DNA from: Catajapyx aquilonaris
Taxonomy: Eukaryota
Direction: 5' to 3'
Length of the DNA: 47,947 bases
Assembly (NCBI GenBank): GCA_000934665.2
Contig: JYFJ02000514.1
Location: 124,001 to 171,947 of the forward strand
Of the stretch, positions 1 to 14,200 are shown one piece after another. The position numbers and the translations under genes are program-made. The notes below the pieces were generated by a model. The model was not told the DNA's origin. It was given only the letters and a program-made list of their open reading frames with translations, and searched no databases. The first letter of the stretch is position 1, and the number at the start of each line of letters is the position of its first letter.

Positions 1-2062
1 CTCTTCATTCCTATTATAGGGTGGGTGGGTCTTATCCAGCCAGAAAATATACACGTATCTCTCGTGGCGCGTGCTGGAATCGATTCACTCAGAGGGGAAT
101 AATAATAATATAGGAGAGACGGAGGGTGCTGCTGGGTGAGAGGCATCCGTTTCATTTCAGTTCTCTCTGGTGGTCTGGAGACATGTTGCAGTCATGGGCC
201 TGCCTGCCATCTTATTCCCGGGGAAAAGCATCTCACTCTGTCCTCATTTGCATACCTGCAGAAACCCGACTCCGGCTTCTAACCAAACCTATATATGCGC
301 AGTTTCGGAGAAGAAATATTATTTCTGGCCCGAATTTGCACACCGGACCTCCAAATGGTCTGCTTGCTTTTCCTTTTTGCAGAGGACCAGCTCGGATATT
401 ATCTAGTCGTGTCGATTCGGTTGAAATTGTGAGATACAAAGCCTGGTCATTCGACCTGCGATGACAGCAACACATACCTGAGGGCAATATGATATTGGTT
501 GGCAGCTGTGACACACAGCAAAACATGCTACAGGCAAACACAGGCCGGTTGTGTTCCATGGCCCCCCCTTTTTTTCAAAACATCCCTCCGATCAATTGGG
601 GTGAAAATGATTTGAAGGGGCCCCTCAGTTGGCGCCATGCCACCCTCAGACCCCAGCACTTGGAACCCTCCAAGAAGGGCACCCAGGGGATGAAGGAAAA
701 TCGCCTTATCCTCCAGCAGCAACTACTCCGTCTGCACAACAGCAAGAGGCTTGTTACTTTGCCTGGAAATAAACAAGTGCATTTAATGCTTAGAGCTAGA
801 GTGCCCCGGGAACTTTGAGCGTTTCCCTTTTCTCTCTCTAGCTCTCTCTCCTTGCTGCCTGCCGTCTAACAAACGGGGTCCTTTGTGCGCAGGAAAGACG
901 GGGAAGGTATACTCTCCTCCATGTTTTAAAAGGCCGGAGTACTACTTCCCCGGGTTTGCATTATCCGGAATTTGTATGAGGAACTAATGCACGGCACAAG
1001 AACCTGATGCTGTCGAACTCCGGGACAATGCGAGGCAGCAGCAGCGTGTATTTGGCAAAAAACAAAAAAAGCAGGGTTTATTATTCAATCCGGACAACTG
1101 GTCCCCCCCGATTGCAGCTGTTTAATAAGCATAAAATTTAAACCGCGCGATGACGCAAATGCTGCATCATTTTTGCCCAGTGTTAAAAAATTGCGGGCGC
1201 GGCGGTTTTAATAAGTGATGTCGGTTCAATACTGTACCACTGCACCGAAAACAATGGGTTGAAAAGTGAAAATGCTGCGAGCTTCAGTGTCCCTGCCTGC
1301 CTGCCTGCCTGCTGCAGTACAAATATAGGCCTGTGAATAGGCCTATTGTTCTGGCCTGAAAAGGTCCGTGGGATTGGAGAGGACCGTGGAGCCAACCGAG
1401 CGTGTTTCTGCCGCGTACACGAATATTGGAGCTGGACGCGTCACATCGATGCGAAGGACGACTCACCTCAGGAGACATCACCCGGCAAAATCACGCTGAC
1501 ACTCGACAGATCCCACTCCAAAAAAGGACAACTCAAAATATATGTACACCGGGTGGTCTCGTCAACCGCTGGCAATGGATTTGCACGTGGAAATTGGCAA
1601 TGGTTTTATTACACGAGCGAGTGCAGTGTGAACCTATTTGGCAAGCGGCATAATCCAATCCGGGAGTAGTTGCAGGGGGCAAATTTCGTTAGCCCGATAA
1701 GTTAATAACGTTAATGTACTTCTTTTTTTGAGAGAGCGAGAGGTTCGCATGTTTTGGTTAATGCCCCCCCACCGCCCCTTTTGGTTCTAGTCCACGTGCG
1801 TGCTGCTGTTAAATATCTGCGGGGGCCTCTCTTCTCCGCACGTTGCTTGTAATGCCTTTTATTACCCAATAAGTTGATGGAGCAGGGGGTAAGGAAAAGG
1901 ATAGGACTGCTCTCTGGGATGCTGGCTCTGATCCAACATCAGCTCACAGTTTCCCAACCTTAGAGAGAGAGAACAGAGAATATAATATACTGCCCGGCCA
2001 TAGAAACCAACTCGACCCAAAAGGACCATTTATAGAATCCCCCCGCTTCCTTCTTCGTTGTT

Positions 2063-2063
<1 letters not shown>

Positions 2064-2097
<34 letters not shown>

Positions 2098-2115
2098 NTT
2101 TTTTTTTTTTTTTTT
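2064..2115. repeat. poly-T tract (about 52 nt, contains one n)
   Basis: Directly visible homopolymer in the slit intron upstream of the first exon in the window. Confidence 0.95.
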
Positions 2116-2262
2116 GGGTAGGGGTTCTTCGTATCACACGGCCCGAGACAGATTTACCGTCCTGCAAACACTAACGCAACAAATCTAATGCACTCCAGCA
2201 GTCTTGGAGAATAGCAGGAAGGAATGCAATAATGGTGTTACATTTTCTCTTTTGTTGTGCAG

Positions 2263-5200
2263 GTCTGGTGGAGAGAGGGAGCGGGGAGTGCAGTGCGGAG
2301 CCCCTCTGCCCCCACCCATGTCGATGTGCTGAAGGAATCGTGGACTGCAGGGACAAAGGTCTCACCAGGGTGCCAGACCATCTTCCAGATGCAAGCACGG
2401 AGCTGTAAGTTTTTCTTTTGCCAAAACCATCCATGCCCCCACCCTACTGGCGCGCCAATTGTGTGTGCAGACTATATAGGGTATCAAAACAGGTTTTTTT
2501 TCCCCCCCCATCAGATTGACACGCCCCGTGCCAGGGCTCGATGAGAGGAGTGATGAATTATTAATTGGCAGAGTTTGGGCCCACGTCCCTCCCTCCCAAT
2601 GTAAATCAACAAGATTGTTATTGCGAATTTATGGCACGAAAATGATTTGGGAGCGGGGAGAGTGGGTGGACAAACAGAATTTCCCGCCAAAAATCTGGCA
2701 ATGGCGCAGCGGGCTATTAATTCAGGCAGATATGCTTATGACAACACAAACGCAACACTGTAGTGTTCATGCACACTGTGTTCAGATCCGGCGGCGGCGG
2801 GCGCGACGTAGTTGTCCCCTCGATAATTCAATCGGAGCCTATCTTCCCATCCTATCAGCAATTAGCATGTAAACTGCAGATTAAAAGCGATGTTGCTGGC
2901 GGTGGATGGGACGGCTTATCTGTCGGGTTGATCCGCTGCCGTTTCCATCACTGCTTGTCACCCATCCTCCAAGCATGGATGATGCTGTTTGAACACTCGC
3001 CAAATTATGTCTCCGGAAAAGGGCAGACGTGTCATAATAGGCTTATTCCGTCGGATATTTGTCCGATCTGATAGTAGAGTTATTTCCCGCATCACCTGAG
3101 GGTGGCGGGAGTGTGCAGAGGGAGTGTGCGCCATCTATGCCCGAAGAAACGTACTGCGTGGTAAATCGGCGGGCCATCTCATTAAATTGTTTAATTGTCA
3201 CTCTCATACTGATTATATGTTTTGCCCAACGAATTCCGGGTTCACTATATGTAGTTTGGAGCAGGCCAATTCTGGAGACTTGTTGCCCCCACTGATGGTC
3301 CATTGTAGGTCGACGATTACATTGAGCCCTGAGTCACCTCTTGTGTATAGTCCGTCCTTTCTAGAGTGTGCCAGCCGAGCAGTGACCTATCGCAATTAAT
3401 TAATTATTAATTCTGGGCGTCCGCTTTATTCCGCCTATTCCCCCGACGAGCCCTGCTCTTGCCAGATAAGGAGAGCAGCTCCCTAGTATTACGCAGTGTA
3501 ATCATCAGCCCAGGACAATTTTGCCACTAGTGTCGTCGAGAGGAAGGGTTAGAAAGGGGGGGGAAATGACAATTTCGTCCGAGTGAGATTACACCCGGGC
3601 CATACAGTGTTAAAGGTAAACAAAATGGCATAATCACGAAGCAGCACTTTGGAGCGGAGTTTTGCCTTGCCCCGATTGTCTGGAGTTAATAAACGCCAGC
3701 CTGGAGTGAGATAGAGAGTCTGCCAATTTGCTTTTGGCGCGCTCGCAAATCAAGGAGCACTTGAAACGTATTGCCTTCTCTCGACGGCCTGGGACAAAGT
3801 TTCATTACAGCCTCCTGGAAAAGCAGCACAGCAGCAGCTAAAGAGCCGGGGCCTCCCCAAAATTTTAATATCGGTCGTAATTAGTAGGAGCCGAGCGCGT
3901 GCATGGCTCTCTGATTGCAACTGTTAGCTAAAAGGACTTGGCACTAGTGCATCACCTGGGCGATAATACCTCGAGTAAGTGTTTCGGCGGTGGTCCGGGC
4001 GGGAATGAGAAAGTATACTGCTGGAGAAGGGTTCTCTCCAATTAACATTCCGAGGGGTGGCCCAACGCTTTTGGGTGTGTTGGCTTGGCACACACACAAC
4101 ACACAGAGTCCCGCCTTCTGCAGTGTAGGGGACCTTAATCGCTCATAAAGCTTTCTCCGCTCTCGTTTGGAGGAAAAAGAATGCAGCCGGCGAACTCGGG
4201 CGATGACACACTGGCAATATTTTGGCTCAGGGGATGCTGCACACACTGTGCACCGGAGGAATCCCTCTGAAACATCCGATTCATCTTTCACTGCTGTAGA
4301 GGCCATGGGGGAAGAAATTAGACGGGGGTTCACTCCAGCAGCAACAATGCCTGGCACTGCAATACTTGTAGGCGGCAGTTGATCGCTGCTGGGCTATATG
4401 TTGATGTGACAAGTGCAGGCCCCAGCAAGCCCCCTTCTAAACCCAGTTGTTGGTTGTCTGTTCCAGGCGTCTGGAGCAGAACTCGATCAGCGAAGTGCCT
4501 GCCGGAGCCTTCTCAGCCCACAGGCAGCTCCGGAGGATGTAAGTATATAATAATATGCCATCATATTATAAGCAACAAAGGTCAGCCGCACTTTGAACCC
4601 GCTATTCCTGGATGTATAGAAAAGACGCTCCAAAAGCAACAATCGAGTCGCATCGGAATAAAATGTTCCTCGAAGTGGGGGGGATGCCGGAATTGCGCGT
4701 TTCTCCGCGTTATTTTCCAATTTACGTTTGGCAAGCTGTTTCCAGACAGGTCCAGCAGCATCCGGTGGTAGTAAACATGTTGTTGTTATTATTATTTTAT
4801 GCGGGCACATTTTTGAGTCGATACGTATCCGACAGCTCCCAGCAGAGTAATGTGGATGATAACTGCGACCGTAAATAGGATTTTTGTGGGGCTGCTGTTT
4901 GGGTGATCCCACGTGCTCGCAGAAGGAGCCAAACTCTTGCTCTCCGTCTGTCTGTCTGTCGAAAATTATGACTGGAATATCTGGTTGCTATCGTGTTGGC
5001 CTGGATTTAGTGCGTTTGGCTTGTGCAGCAGGGTTTCTCTCAAGATAGCACCCTGCACGTGTATTAATAAACACAAAAAAACGTGTTCTCGGAACATTTT
5101 CTTTGGACTGATTTCTGAGGAAACAGCAGCCAGCTTACAAATTGGTGCGACAGTCGGTACAAATTGCGAATATATTTTTGTACCCGATGTGAACTGCAGT

Positions 5201-8200
5201 GTTCGCATTACGCATTAGTGCGGGTGTTGTAATGGTCACGCTTCACGTGTAGCAGGAGGAGCGGCCTGGTTTTTCGCAGAATATTATCGCACATGCATTG
5301 GAATTCGGCGTAACCAGTATGTTACATGTTCCGTTGGCTATACCTTTGAGCACGATTGGAAATATGTTTGCACAACATAATTTAATGATTGTTTCTTCAA
5401 TTTCAGCGACCTGAGCCATAATCACATAACGAAGATAGCATCGGACGCTTTCGAAGGCCTCAAGTCCCTCACATCCCTGTAAGTATATCCCGTATCATCC
5501 TGGGAGAGTGTGTGCAGCAATCCGGGGTGTTCATTTGTCCGGGACTGCAGCAATCCGGGAGTCCGGATGAGTATAGAGGAGGAGATAACTCGTTCATTGC
5601 ACCGGTCCCAAGCGAGCTCTTGGAATGCAAATGATGCAACTCGCTTCACTCTCACTCACTCTGCTCTCACCGGGGAGTCCCCGCAACTAGTCACTCACTC
5701 TCGTCTAGCTCCTTTTTTTTTTTTTTTCTGTGGGTGGGATTGGGATGGAACCAGACCGCAAAACCGGACCCGGCTCTTTCCAGCTATCCATGCCCGGAAT
5801 AATAGGGCCAGATTGAAATGGTGAACCCATAATCCGCAGCTTCCTCCTCGAATTTGCATCCATTAGCGCCTGTTTGGCCAGGGGTGGGGTTGGGAAATAA
5901 AAGGCCTCCCCCCCTCCCTTCCCAATCGTTTTTGGGTCCAGATGTGCCCCCATTGCTTTAAGCTGGCCCAGGGTTTTACCTACAAATGGGCGAGTTCGGG
6001 CACATCGGATAAGAAGCTACAACGGGGAGATGGTATCGGAGGACATCTCCGCTTGGATGGGAGCCAGGTATATAATACGGGAAAGGGTACCCATTTTTTA
6101 TCCGGGAAATTGTGACTGGGAGGTAACCATGTTGGGCGGTCGTGCTGCCTCAAAATGCCAAGGGAATATTAAAGGAGTCCAATGAGCCGTCCGCACTCAA
6201 CAGATGTCGCCATGGGACAGACATGCACGAGGCGACATCTGTTGTCAAAAAAACATCAGCACTCTAGCAATGTGAAAATAATTTCGAGTATTATAAATCC
6301 ACGATTTCGACCCCGTTTGGTCCGAAACTTTTCCTTTTTCGACATAACACTAGATGAGAGCAATAAATTGGGAGGCAACGAGCGGCCTGCAAGACACGAC
6401 TTTAGCATAGGTTTATGGGGTCGTTACTGGCTTGTAATAACCCCTGGAAATGACCACTTGTTATTGGCGGAAGCTGCCAATGAATTATGCGCCCCCCTCC
6501 ATTATAACAACAAAAAAAAACTGCACAAGTGTCCGGACCATGTGGACGTTAGGGATTTTCATGGCGCATCTCTTCCAACCCAGCAGCATCCCAGGCATAA
6601 TATAATCAGCTGGACCGGAGAGCGTTGATCGCTCACCGCAACAGTGATGGTATTGCCCGTTAAATGGTTGAAAGAGCTGCAAGTTGATCGAGTTAATCGC
6701 TTTTATAGTTTAGCGCTTCATGTCCACTAGTGGCTTAATTGGTTTTAAATATTCAGAGGGGTCCGTGTGATCAATAGCCGATTGTTTTTTTTTATATAAA
6801 AAAGGAAGACCTAGCTCATTTTTTCCCTGCCGCTCTTTCTGTGTGCAATTGAACCCGACACGAGCACCTGCAATTCGCATCTCTTTTTTTTGGAGGGCTT
6901 GGAATTTATACCAGGCTGTGGGTTACGGTTGGCCATGTGAGAGTGGGCGTGTCGTTAGCGCTTCGGTTTGTCCATGTCATTCATTAGCTCGACCACTTGC
7001 TTTGTTTTTTTTCCCCCCGTAGTTTAACGAGCTCCATAATTGCCTCGCCGGAGGTTTAACCCGGCCTGAAAAAAAAGAGCCTCCATTGTTCACACGGCTT
7101 GATCCCCGCCTGCTGCAGTGTCACCCGCATTGTTGCGTGTGTTGTCCTGTCCTGTGCATTGCAACACTCGATTTATTTATTTTTTGCAGGGTTCTGTACG
7201 GCAACCGGATCAGCGACCTTCCCGCAGGAATCTTCCATGGTCTGACCTCACTCCAGTTGCTGTAAGTATCTCTTCTTCTCGCTCGAGCGGCTGCAAGCAC
7301 CATCGGAGAAGGCCGCACAAAGAGAAGAGGATTGACCTATATATTTCGTTCTATAGAGCCCCAGCACCTCCTATATTCTGGACCAGGCACACCACCTGAG
7401 AGAGAGAGCCTCGCCCATATTAGTTTTCTCCCTGGAGAGAAAGAGAGAGAGCAGTTGAGGCACTTGGGTGGCCTACACGATTGCGTGCCCTCCTTCATTG
7501 CTCTGACAACCGAGAAAAACATGATATTTTCTGCCCTCTCGCCCCCTTCCCACCCACCCACCCTTCCCTCAATCTGTTTCATCCAATTCCCTCGGCTCTA
7601 TCTGACCCATACGTATAGCTTAGGTCGCCTCTAACTAAGCCATCGGATTACTTCATACTGCCAGGAAACAATCGGGCGATATGATGGCCGCATATAAATC
7701 GATATGTCGATGATTCATTGTATTGATTTATATACGCAAGATAGACTTACGTATAAGCTAATTGGACGGTGATATGCAATAGTGTGTCAACCCACAAAAA
7801 TGTCAAGAAACTTGATTCAGTTACAATCAAGCTCGCGAAATCTGCATTTGACGCTGATTTTCTCGACGCCTTTGCTCGCATGATTCTAGCAAGCATTTTT
7901 CCAACTAATTCAACGTGGATTTATTTAATTCCAGGTTGATAAACGCCAACAAGATATCCTGCATCAGGAAGGACACCTTCAAGGACCTCCATGGACTTAA
8001 TTTATTGTAAGTAACTTACAGGGTATTGTTATGATATCAGGAGTTCTGGTTTGAAGTGCTCGGCTTCTATGTATTCACGTGTGTGTCGTGGCAGATTTTT
8101 TTCACCAGGCTATGATGACCAACTGCGCGGTTAATTAGGGGGACACCCCCCCCCCCCCCCCCCCANCCCAGGCCATAACCATCATTTTCGCACGACTCTT

Positions 8201-11200
8201 TTGGCGCTGGTTTTGGCAAACTGTGTGCGGTCGTTCCCTCAATGCGCGTTGCGGGGGAGAAAAAAAATTGCCAACAGTTGCATTACATTTCGAGTGCATT
8301 TTGACGTCAATTGAGCTCAATGCAACCGGTGCATTTTCGCGAAGAAATTGGCGCAATGTTGCATCCTCTCTCTGCTGGATATATAGCAGTTGGCGCAGTG
8401 TGTTTCGCTAGTTGCCCATTTATCAACCAGCTTTCTGGCGCAAAGCTAAAGGAAAAGTCGTGGGAGGGAAAGGGGGCAGATAATTAGGCAGAAAAGATGG
8501 CTTCGGGGAAAAAGAGGCTGTAAATTCTCGGGGCGGGCAAATATTCCTTCAAACTGTTATATATGAATTAGCCGCCGGTGTCTGGGAAAGGGGAGGGGGT
8601 GACACCTTTCAAAAATAATATATGGCCCCCCCTCCCACGAATATACGAGGGGGTCACTTACAGCCTTGCACTCGATGCAAGGACTTTAGCGGACTTTAAA
8701 ATATGCATACGTTAATAAGCAAATTGCACTGTTGGGAAAAAATTAGCTAAAAAGTTGGGAGAAATTTTGAAATATTAAACTTGCTCACATGTTCAGTAAT
8801 ATTTTTTATTGATAAGGTTACACACGGTATTTTTTGGGAAAGGAAATTGCAAATTTAATCATGCGGCACATTTTTGGGGGTACGATCCGATACTCCCAGT
8901 CGCGGTGTTTGAGTGACAATGTGTCGGGCCAAAAAAATATATTTGCGAAATAAAATTTGGAGCGAAGGATTTATCGCTCCGATCGACGTGGTTAAAAAAA
9001 TGACGCCGTCACGCTTAATGAACTTGGGAGGGACATTAATACCTTATTTATATGCGATTAGATTCTGCGGAAGTAGAAACTTTTTCGGATGGAGCGATCA
9101 TTGATTTAGCGTAAGTTCATCATGAAATCTGGGGATGATTTATGTGGACACACATAATTATAACGCGAGCCAGGAAAACTTTTTTCCTCTTCGGAATATT
9201 AAATAATTTTAAAAAAAAGAAGCGGTGGCATAATCTGACCATTACCAGATAAAATGAGGCTCGCTTTAATTATACGGCTGCAAACTTTGCCACGCGTTCC
9301 ATACCGCGCATTAGCCAAATACCAAAAATCCTCTCTGGAAAACGTCACGCAGAATCGTCTGGCCAAAATTAATCATTTTTTTTTTTGTAGTTTGCAGGAA
9401 ACAGAAGTGGTTGGCACGCGAAATGGACAGAATTTGGCACACAATTTCGCGTGGTTGTGATATCTCGGCATGTATAGTGTATGTTTGATGAGACAAGGGG
9501 GCATTGTGTGGCTTTCGACGACGTGCGGATGAGCAGCGTGTGTCGGTGACGGCGCCTTGTCCACAATCCGAGGCCAATCTGGTCTGGCGGAAGGACACTA
9601 ACGAGGCCATCTGACTGAGAAATGTCTCCCTGGTGGGCGACTCGTTTGCGCCAGGAAAGAACTACGTCGACGCAAAACTTCCAGGACCTTGCAATAAAGA
9701 AAGAGAGAGAGAGAAAAAGGCGAGGAAAAAGTGCTGGGTGGGGGGTTATGCCTCTTTACTTGCGTGCATTACCACTTCCTCCAGGGCAAGCGTACCATTA
9801 CCATTGATGCCTTTTATGGTACAGCGGAGAGGAGCTCTGAAAACTTGCAAACTGTCCTTTACGCCATTTTTTTTGCCTCCCTGTAAATGGTGGCCTATAG
9901 GTTGCTTTAAAAATCACTTTTTTTTCTTCTTCTTGCAGGTCACTGTACGATAACAACATACAGTCTCTGGCCAACGGGACCTTTGACTCCTTGAGAAGCA
10001 TCCAGACGCTGTAAGTACTCGATTTAGTTGGGGCTAGACTTTGCAACAAGACGAAGAGAACAGAAATGCATCATAAAGCCAGCCAGCCATATCATAAGTT
10101 CAACTACGTATACAAATACTGATGGTTGCTATCTATTAAAATATAAAATTTTATTAATCATTATTTAAAGAAACTAATACACTGTCCGGAAAAATTTAAC
10201 ATTTCTGATTGGTTAAAATCCTTCGTTGTATGGTTATGCCTTCTGATTGGTCCGCCGTATAATGTTACCGCGACGCTTCCGATTGGGCCCCATTCTGCGC
10301 AGGCGCAATGGGGGTGGAGTCAGCGCCTCTGGTTGGTGGGAGGAGGAACCATCCATTCGTTCGCTGTGGGCCGGAGGGTCTACTTCGCTCTCTCCCCACC
10401 CCAGCACCCAGTGAGCGAAGCGAGTGTTTTCAAGGCTATAATATTAAAATCCTTGCGTTGTTTGCATAAGCATTCTGATTGGTCCTCCGCATATTGTTAC
10501 CGCGACACTTCCGATTGGCCCCTCACGCAGAGTCGTTTCTTTGACACTGTTTACTCGTATTGTTGAGGTCATTTCCATAAGTAGTGAATTCTAATGATGT
10601 CCTCCACCACCACAAGGCGCAGGCCTAGAAAAAAAGAGAACGAAGCTAGGGTGTTTCTAGTATTCTTTTAAAATATAATAAGTAGTGTGACGTCACCATA
10701 AGTTTAGTATACGTGATGGATTCGGTCTCTTGATGTCCAGTTGCCTCTGACCGATTCCAATATTTGTACCGCATGGTCGAAACTGGGGCTGCATAAAAAA
10801 AGCTTGAAATCTCGGGCATCTTTCTCTGGAGCTTGATATCCGGAGTCTGCTGGTGCTGGGGCTGGACCTTAGAGTGAGTGGATCATTCCGACGCCTCCAG
10901 CTTTTTGAACCTTTTCCTCTTGATCGAGCCAGACGGAGCCCAAAAGCCACTGAAGTTACACCGAGACGAAATAATACTTCTGGTTGACGTCTCTCTTTCT
11001 TCTCAAGACATTGCTCGCTCACTGAGATAAAAAAAAGAAGAGGCATAGCCTTTTGTGACATGCATCCGCTGAGCTGAGGGAAGAAGAAGAAGGACCTATT
11101 CTCTCTGTCCTTTTTTTGTCTTTTCATGAGGAAACTGCTCTTAATACTGGTCCTTTCCCCTTCCCCCAAAAAATGTTCCTTCCCGCCCCCCATTTTCTCG

Positions 11201-14200
11201 CCCGATGCTCGTCAGATATCGAGCATGTTCTTGGCAGCGGAACTAATCTCTATTTTCCACCTCTCAGACGACGCGAAAGGAGGTGTGTATAGGCGAGAGA
11301 TGATCGAAATAGGATTCATATTTCATATAGCGGAGAAGGAACCCTCGGAAATATAATATTGCGGGGCTCGATTGAATCTGATATTGGCACTTATTCTGCG
11401 GATTTACCGCTTCTCGTGTCCAGCCGGAAACGAGTTGATGCTGCTGCTGGACCGTTTTTCCCATTGGAAATGTGCCAGATATGCGTGTAGGTCTCCACAT
11501 CATCTGTGGCCCTTCCTAGAAATCATAATTTATTTGGATATGCGAGGCGGTTCAGCTGCAAAAAGCGTCACTCCTCGCTTCAGACACTCACCAAGAAGAA
11601 TCTATATACAATAACAGCAAATATTTCAATTCATTTAAACACAGGCTGGGAATATATTTTTTTGTGTCTACAAAAGGGAGGGTTGCTTGCTTTTCTGCTG
11701 GAAAGAAGTTAATTGGACGTACGACCCTTCCAATGCTTCAGGCAGGTGTTCTCGGCAGGAGGGGGGGTTCCATCCTGACGTTTTCCAAGCCCTCCCCTGC
11801 AGTTTCTTGGTAGACTATGTGGATGCTGCCACTCCATTTTTATTCTCCACGCTTGCTTAACCCTCTCTCCCTCATCATCATCTTCATACAAAGTTGACCC
11901 CTGATTGAGTTACGGATGCAATAGGGCCAATGGATAGAGCCAGTCAAAGGGGGGGATCGTTTAATTGCTTTTACGCTTGATTAAACCCAGCAAAGGCTCA
12001 TTCCGCCCCCTTTAATCGCTGAATTTTGAAGCCCGGAAACCCAATCTCCCATTTAAGCAAGGACGCATTTTCTAATGGAATTTCGCCAAGATCGGAAAGA
12101 TGAAGGTAACTGCCCAAGTCACGGTCCGTAACGCCATGTACAGTACCGTGCAAGATGAATATGAAAACGAATCATCTTAGGTGGATTGCAGCTATGGACG
12201 TGTACACATCAGCACATACCAATTTGCTGTCATGTTAGTCGATCCATCAATTCATCTTATCCTTTAATAAAGCCTCCCCCTCCCCTCCTTCTCCTCCCTC
12301 CCCTGGAATGAAAAGTGAAGGATTTTGGGGGGAGCGGCTACCTACCAACCAACTTGGGGTCTATCTCGTCTTCACCTCAGGGGGCGGGTAGGGAGAGAAA
12401 ATTGGACGGATGAATAGATGGATGGACTCGGGGGTTTTTCGGTGGTGGGTATATAGTAGGTGGGTTTATATGAGAACCGCACCCACCATTCTCTCCCTCT
12501 GATTCCAACCCTAAAGCCCTGTAATATTGGCTGCCAACATGCCAGTGGGGGCGGTTGAAGGGAAGGGAGGGTGAAACAAAAGCCCCTGAGGGGTCGAGAC
12601 CGACTTGATGCGGTTCCTAATTGACCGCGGCCTCATGGCCCAGGCTCTACCTTCCGCCCAAAATTGAACCGGCAGCTTGATTGGATACAAAATCTCCAAC
12701 CTATACACAGCCACAGGTGGACTAACCATCGCTCTTCGACACTTGCCCCCGACTGGTAATATCACTAGAAAAAGTCTCCGCTGAAATTAACAATATGACC
12801 TCCACCACCGCAGGTCGCAGGCCTAGGAAAAAAGCGGGTGGCTTTCTACGCATGCGCCCTAGAAAAACTTAGTTCGCATTTTTCTAGCGATTAAAAAAAG
12901 GCATCTAGAGGAATTTCTGCCAGTTTGTCACCATCAGTCACGTTGGTCTGACGTGACGGGCCGTGACATGCGAATGCCCACCCCCAAATTAGCTGTTTCC
13001 CGACCCCCAATTCGGCCACGATCCGACACTTTTTTTTTCCTTCATTTCCACCCCCAACTGGCTTGAAGGGAGGGAATTAATATTCGTGGCGGTTGGCCGA
13101 AGATAAGATAGGCAAACTGGAGTGAAATATGCTTTCCTTTTGCTACTAAATTACCCGCGCGGCTTCAGGCCTCCCTCCCGCCGCGGTGTGTATCAAGCGA
13201 GAAAACGCGCGCCGGAAACGCACTCAATCGTTCCACTATATTCCGAGGACGAAAATCCCCGATGGAAACCTCCCACCAGAATTATTTACTCGCAGTGCCT
13301 AGGCTACTGAATTACTAATAAATGGCTCAAGTTCAAGCCACATTTGCCCAATTGCGGATCATGCAGTTGATCTATTTAAAAAAAGAAGAAGAGTAGGGCC
13401 ATATTTGTTAATGAATTGGATGACTGGTGTTGTATTACAGCAACTACAGCCTGCAGCTTTTGGTGGGTCGGGGTGTGGAATGGACCCACGTTCTCTCTCC
13501 CCCCTACCCTTTGAAATATAGCTCCATAACTCTGCCCGTTGTCATCGTCGGAGCCGCCTCCTATTTTTTCCCCCTCTCCTTCTTCTACCCAGAGGATATT
13601 CCGCAGTCTAATGGGCCTAATGGCATCCCAGCCACTTCTTTTTGTCTCCTCCAACCTTTTTAAAACCCGGGTGTAAACAACCGCCTTTTCTACTGTTATC
13701 CCACCCGATTAATAATAGACGCGATCCATTCAAGCATCGCCATTGTTACGCGCGTTTAAAAAGGAGCCACGATTTCGTAAACACGCGCCATTTCTGCTTC
13801 AAGCTGTTAAATGCGTAGCGGCTACGGGAAAACAAGGCAGCAGCTACGGGATTTACGGTCCAAATTTTCCCGCTAGATGACACCACCGTCTATTGCAAGA
13901 TGGCGGCCTCCAGTGGCGCGGGTTTTTCAAAATCTGTCTAATTTCAAGCGAGTAAGTACTTCTGCTCCAAGTACTTACAATGTGAGCGCATTGCTGCTCT
14001 TTACTATGGCCAGATATTGCATACTCACATGACAGGTTAAACATAATGCACATACGGCACATGTGTTTTCTCATTATAATATTATTGGACTGTAGTCTTG
14101 TGGACTGATTTCACTTAAAAATGCCATTTATTCCCAGCCACCTTGCCCGCAATCCGTTCATCTGCGACTGCAACCTGAGATGGCTGGCGGAGTACCTTCA

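Noticed and set aside
1..2262. Slit domain-1 exons or a separate gene among the short ORFs
   Set aside because: No LRR-like translation with valid splice sites found; treated as slit intron.
8640..9360. Possible transposon remnant in a slit intron (similar hints at 21418-21700, 23790-24600, 28518-28565 and 47083)
   Set aside because: Only single terminus-like motifs; no paired TIRs or target duplication could be established.
10693..11193. 166-aa minus-strand ORF in a slit intron
   Set aside because: Non-ATG start, composition driven by simple A/G tracts, no recognisable domain.
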